Shown in pieces: positions 59,560-64,000 of a DNA stretch of 64,000 nt. The notes under the pieces are model-generated. The model was not told where the DNA came from, did no database searches, and saw only the letters and a list, made by a program, of their open reading frames with translations. Numbering within the stretch: position 1 is the first letter of the stretch; the number at the start of each line of letters is the position of its first letter. The stretch lies in NCBI RefSeq assembly GCF_009914755.1, contig NC_060945.1; one strand, 5' to 3'. This stretch comes from the human T2T-CHM13v2.0 reference genome, Homo sapiens. The position numbers and the translations under genes were made by a program.

Positions 59560-61030
59560 TTTTTACTTTTTATTTTTGGTAACAATGGTTTTACATATTT
59601 ATGTGGTAGATGTACCATTTTGATACAAGCATAAAATGTGTAATAATAAAATCTAGGTAATTGGGATATTCATTACATAAAATATTTATAATTTATGTGT
59701 GTTGGGAACATTCCAAATCTCTTCTTCTAGTTATTTTTAAATTTACAATAAATTATTATTAACTGTAGTCACCCTATTGTGCTACTGAACACTAGACCTT
59801 ATTCTATTAACCATCACCTCTTTATAACCCCCCGCAAACCCACTACCCTTCCCAACCTCTGGTAACTGTCATTCTACTCTCTGTCTTTATGAGATCAGTT
59901 TTCTTTAGTTCCCATATATAAGTGAAAACATGCAACATTTATCTTTCTGTGCCTGGCTTATTTCACTGAACATAGTATCCTCCAGTTCCATCCATGTTGT
60001 TATAATTATCATGATTTCATTCTTTTGTGTGACTGAATAATAATCCATTGTGTATATATACCACATTTTCTGTATTCATTCATTTGTTGATTGACACAGT
60101 TTGATTTCATATCTTGGCTATGGCAAATAGTGCTGCAATAAACATGGGTGTGCCAACATCTCTCTCCAATAGATGTATTTCCTTTATTTTGAATAAATAC
60201 CCAGTAGTGAGATTGCTGGATTATATTGTAGTTCTATTTTTAGTTTTTTAAGGAACCTCCTTACTGCTTTCCATAGTGACTATACTAATTTACATCCCAC
60301 CGATAGTGTATGAGTGTTCCTCCTTCTCCACCTCCTTACCACCATTTATTTTCTGTCTTTTTGTATTTTTGTTATCCCATTTGTCCATTTTGGTTTTCAT
60401 TGCCTGTGCTTTTGAGGTCTTATTCAACAAATTTTGCCCAGACTAATGTACTCAAATATTTTCCCTATGTTTTCTTCTAGTAGTTTCAGGTCTTACATTT
60501 AAGTCTTTAATACATTTAGATTTGTTTTTGCATATGGTAAGAGAGAGGGTACTAATTTCATTCTTCTGCATATGGTTATCTAGTTTTTCAAGCATCAATT
60601 ATTGAAAAGACTGTCCTTGCTGCAGTGTATGTTTTTGGTACTTTGTCAAAAATGAATTGACTGTAAATGTGTGGATTGATTTGTAGGTTATCTATTATGT
60701 TCTATGTGTCTGTTTTTATGGCAGTACCATGCTGATTTTAATACTATAGCTTTGTAGTATAATTTGAAGTCAGATACTGTGCTTCTTCCAGCTTTGTTCT
60801 CTTTGTTCAGAATTGTTGTAGGTATTCCAGGTCGTTTGTGGTTCCATATACATTTTAGAATTTTTTTTTTATTTCTGTGAAGAATTTCATTAGTACTTTG
60901 ACACATACTGTATTGAATCTGTAGATAATGTTAGGCAGTATAGACATCTTAATAATATTGATTTTTCTAATTCATGATTATGAAATATCTTTCCATTTTT
61001 GTGTCTTCAATTTACTCCCTTGATGTTTTA
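59560..61030 (-). mobile_element. L1MA2/3-like 3' region with internal deletions
   Basis: 'ttttgatacaagcataaaatgtgtaataat', 'tctttctgtgcctggcttatttcact', 'tagctttgtagtataatttgaagtcag'. Confidence 0.8.
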
Positions 61031-61034
61031 TAGC

Positions 61035-61200
61035 ATTTTTATCAACAAAAATTGTGTATGTTTATAATATACAGCATGATGTTTTGAAATATGTATATAT
61101 TGTAGAATGGGTAAATCGAGCTAACTAACATATGTATTCCCTCATATGTATATATATTTGTGTGTGTGTGTATGGCGAGAACACATAAAATCTATTTTCA
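61035..61200 (-). mobile_element. L1MA5/6-like 3' end fragment
   Basis: 'tacagcatgatgttttgaaatatgtatatattgtagaatgggtaaatcgagctaactaacata'. Confidence 0.65.
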
Positions 61201-61468
61201 AGTTATTTACATGTGGGTGGATTATCATTGTACATTGGTTTATAACTTAATTTGTTGTTAAGTGACAAAAGTGGATGGATAGTATGCTTCCTTTTATGTG
61301 GAAGAGGGAACTTGGGGAGCTTAGGGAGTGCACACGCTGGAGGGACTTTTTATTTTAGCAATGCTTCTTGCAGTACATTTATAACTCACGTATAGAAAAC
61401 TTTCACAATTTTTCATAAGCATTTTGCAATTATGATTAAGTGGATTTTTCAAAGCAATACAAATAGAA

Positions 61469-61770
61469 GGCCAAGGAAGGTGGCTTATGTCTGTAATCCC
61501 AGCACTTTGGGAGGCCAAGATGGGCTGATCACCTGAAGTCAGGGGTTCAAGACCAGCCTGGCCAACGTGGTGAAACTCTGTCTCTACTAAAAATACAAAA
61601 ATTAGCCAGACACGGTAGCACACATATGTAATCCAAGCTACTCTGGAGGCTGAGGCAGGAGAATTATTTGAACCTGAGAGTGCCGTGAACCAAGATTGCG
61701 CCACTGCACTCCAGCCTGGTGGCAGAGCAAGACTCTGCCTCAAAAAATATATGTATAAAATAAAATAAAA
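61469..61770 (+). mobile_element. AluSx/Sz-like with a small internal deletion
   Basis: Alu body, A-rich tail, TSD core aaatagaa. Confidence 0.85.
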
Positions 61771-61804
61771 ATAGAAGTCACATTTTTTTCTTTTGACAAT
61801 GTCA

Positions 61805-61942
61805 TAGCAAAACATATGTAAGGAAACTAGTATAGCAACACATATGTAAGGAAACTAATATATATGTAAGGAAACTAATATAGGAAAACATTTGTAAGGA
61901 AACATATATAAGGAAACTACTAATATATACTATATTAGTAGT
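61805..61942. repeat. Short degenerate minisatellite (core atgtaaggaaac, about 5 copies) ending in a 12-bp hairpin
   Basis: Repeats directly visible; actactaatata-tac-tatattagtagt at 61916-61942. Confidence 0.75.
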
Positions 61943-62669
61943 CATTCAATCTACCATAACTAATACAAATAACTGAAAACCTACAAACATGAGCAAATCT
62001 CTTCATGAATTCATAGCCCAAACAAGTTTATTGTCTCTCTTCCATCTCAGTTTAAGTCCATGAATTACCAAAACTTTTTTCTCCTGGTCTTTGATTTTAG
62101 TAATTTAATTTAGTTGTAATTATAATTATTTAAGAAAAGGTATCAAAGTGAATTACAAATTATGAAATTATATTTGACTTATAAACTACAGTTTGCAAAG
62201 AGTGTATAATTTTGATTAGTAGCTGGTTGTAGAACTAATTGGTCTGGAGCTCTTTGAAATAAATCACTCTAGCTTCTCCATTGTGTGCCTTTAGTGCTCA
62301 CATATAAGTACTTTTTACGTATCCATTGAATCAATGAGTGGATAAATCAATAAATTATTTCCCATCAATAAATTGAAGCTTGCTATATGTTTATTTTGCC
62401 TAGCAGTGACCTTTTAATCTTAGATAAATATTTATTATGTTATTAAATTTAATTTTCAACTTAGTTTCAACTTTGCAATAATTTTCATGGTTTTTAAAAT
62501 ACTATTTTAGGAAGTATAAAATTTTCGTTTTTCTTACATGCAAATGTGCTCTTTTAAGCTTAAGATTAAAAAATTAAAATCACTGGACAGCTAAGATTCT
62601 GGCTAATTGAGTAAATCTACTCTACACTAATTTGTAAAACCTGTTTTTGATATTAGCAACTGTTTTTAA

Positions 62670-62790
62670 AATATTTAATGTTTAATTATTATAGGTACAT
62701 GTGATGTTTTGATATAGGCATACAATGATATAGGCATACATCAGGGTAATTGGGGTATCCCTCACCTAAAGCCTTTATCATTTCTTTGCT
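62670..62790 (-). mobile_element. L1MA1/2-like 3' end fragment
   Basis: 'ggtacatgtgatgttttgatataggcatacaatg...catcagggtaattggggtatcc'. Confidence 0.7.
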
Positions 62791-62876
62791 TTTGTTTCAG
62801 TTTACTTATCACTTTGAGTTTAATCACTAAACAATTTTGTCAATAACATTTAATTAGGCATAATAATCTATGATGG

Positions 62877-63225
62877 TGATATGGTTTTGCTGTGTCCCCA
62901 CCCAAATCTCATCTTGAATTGTAGCTCCCATAATTCTCATGTGTCATGAGAGAGACCTGGTGGGAAGTAATTGAATCGTGGAGGTGGTTTTTGTGTGTGT
63001 GTGCTGTTCTCGTGATAGTGAATAAGTGGTTTTATAAAGGGGAGTTCCCCTGCACACACTCTCTTCCTTGCCACCATGTAAGACGTCCCTTGGCTCTTCC
63101 TTCATCTTCCACTACGATTGTGAGGCCTTCCCAGGCATGTGGAACTGAGTCCATTAAATCTCTTTCCTTTATAAATTACCCAGTCTTGGGTATGTCTTTA
63201 TTAGCAGCATGAGAACAGATTAACA
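62877..63225 (+). mobile_element. THE1 (THE1C-like) solo LTR
   Basis: TGATATGGTTTTGCTGTGTCCCCACCCAAATCTCATCTTGAATTGTAGCTCCC...; 5-bp TSD gatgg/gatga. Confidence 0.9.
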
Positions 63226-63899
63226 GATGAATATTTTTAATAAATAAAATATAATTTGAAAGTCAGATAGTTTCCATAATCTTTGTCAAAAAATTTACAC
63301 TGTGGTATCTCATGAGTTGACCTTTACTTATAAGAATATAGGTGCATTACAAGTAGTTTAGAAATTCAGATGGACTTTAACCATTAAAGTTGTTTTTATG
63401 GCAAGTCATGAAATTTGACATTAACCAAAAACATGGTAGAATATTGTAAGTGAACAATTACTTGTTTCCTATGCCATGAGAGGTTAGTCCCTTTTCTGAA
63501 TATAAAGACAATACACCTAGTGTTTACAAAGCAAAAAGTTTTAAGACTCTTGTATATTTGTTTTAAAGATTATCTGCTATTCACTAGTATTCACCTAACA
63601 TTTCTCTTTACTTCATTTGCTACAGGCATTTATTGCATTCCATTTAGTAGTTTGTTGTCCCAGCATTGAAGATGTTATGCTGTTACCAGACCAGGAATTA
63701 GAAATCTGTTAACCACAAAAAAATCAGGATAATTTGATTTGACAGATTCAGGAAGTTCAGAATGGCTATTGTACAAGGTGGTAAATAAGTTGCCAACTGA
63801 GAAAAAGTATAAGAAGCAGCAGTGTAATGTTCTGATTCTTCTATTTAAAATGCTGGGTTTAAAGTTAATTTTACTTTCATTTATAAATTTTGAAGATAT

Positions 63900-64000
63900 A
63901 TTTATTTATTTTAATTTTTATGTGTACATTGTAGGTGTATATATTTATGGAGTATGTGACATGTTTTGGTACAGACATGGAATGCATAATGATTATATCA
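63900..64000 (-). mobile_element. L1MA-type 3' end running off the window
   Basis: 'gtaggtgtatatatttatggagtatgtgacatgttttggtacagacatg'. Confidence 0.7.

Noticed and set aside
61805-61942. Short direct repeats resembling a CRISPR-like array
   Set aside because: Eukaryotic DNA; the units are degenerate and lack unique spacers, consistent with ordinary slippage.

Overview
Human-type (primate) AT-rich, apparently gene-free genomic DNA made mostly of transposable-element relics; an AluYb8 copy, a human-specific subfamily, points to Homo sapiens. I can support no protein-coding gene, RNA gene or CRISPR array, and the ORF track looks like noise from Alu, L1, LTR and AT-rich sequence. Contents: about a dozen Alus (J, S, Y, Yb8, a Yk-like copy), many L1M/L1PA fragments, L2 and Charlie1 relics, MaLR and ERV-L LTRs, solo LTRs of LTR8, MER50-like, HERV-W (LTR17), HML-5 (two LTR22) and MER4A1 type, and a 7.3-kb two-LTR MER61-type non-coding provirus. 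The most striking structure is a 495-bp inverted repeat (494/495 identical by manual comparison, 112-bp spacer) at 21418-22519, made of ancient repeat DNA. Its junctions fit a recent template-switch (fold-back) inverted duplication with the spacer inverted. Also notable: an ERV-L LTR fused to a MaLR internal region, and an L1PA insertion with poly(T) at one end and poly(A) at the other. Subfamily names come from remembered consensus sequences and need RepeatMasker/Dfam confirmation; boundaries of old L1/L2 fragments are approximate. I do not see a new multi-gene biological system here.
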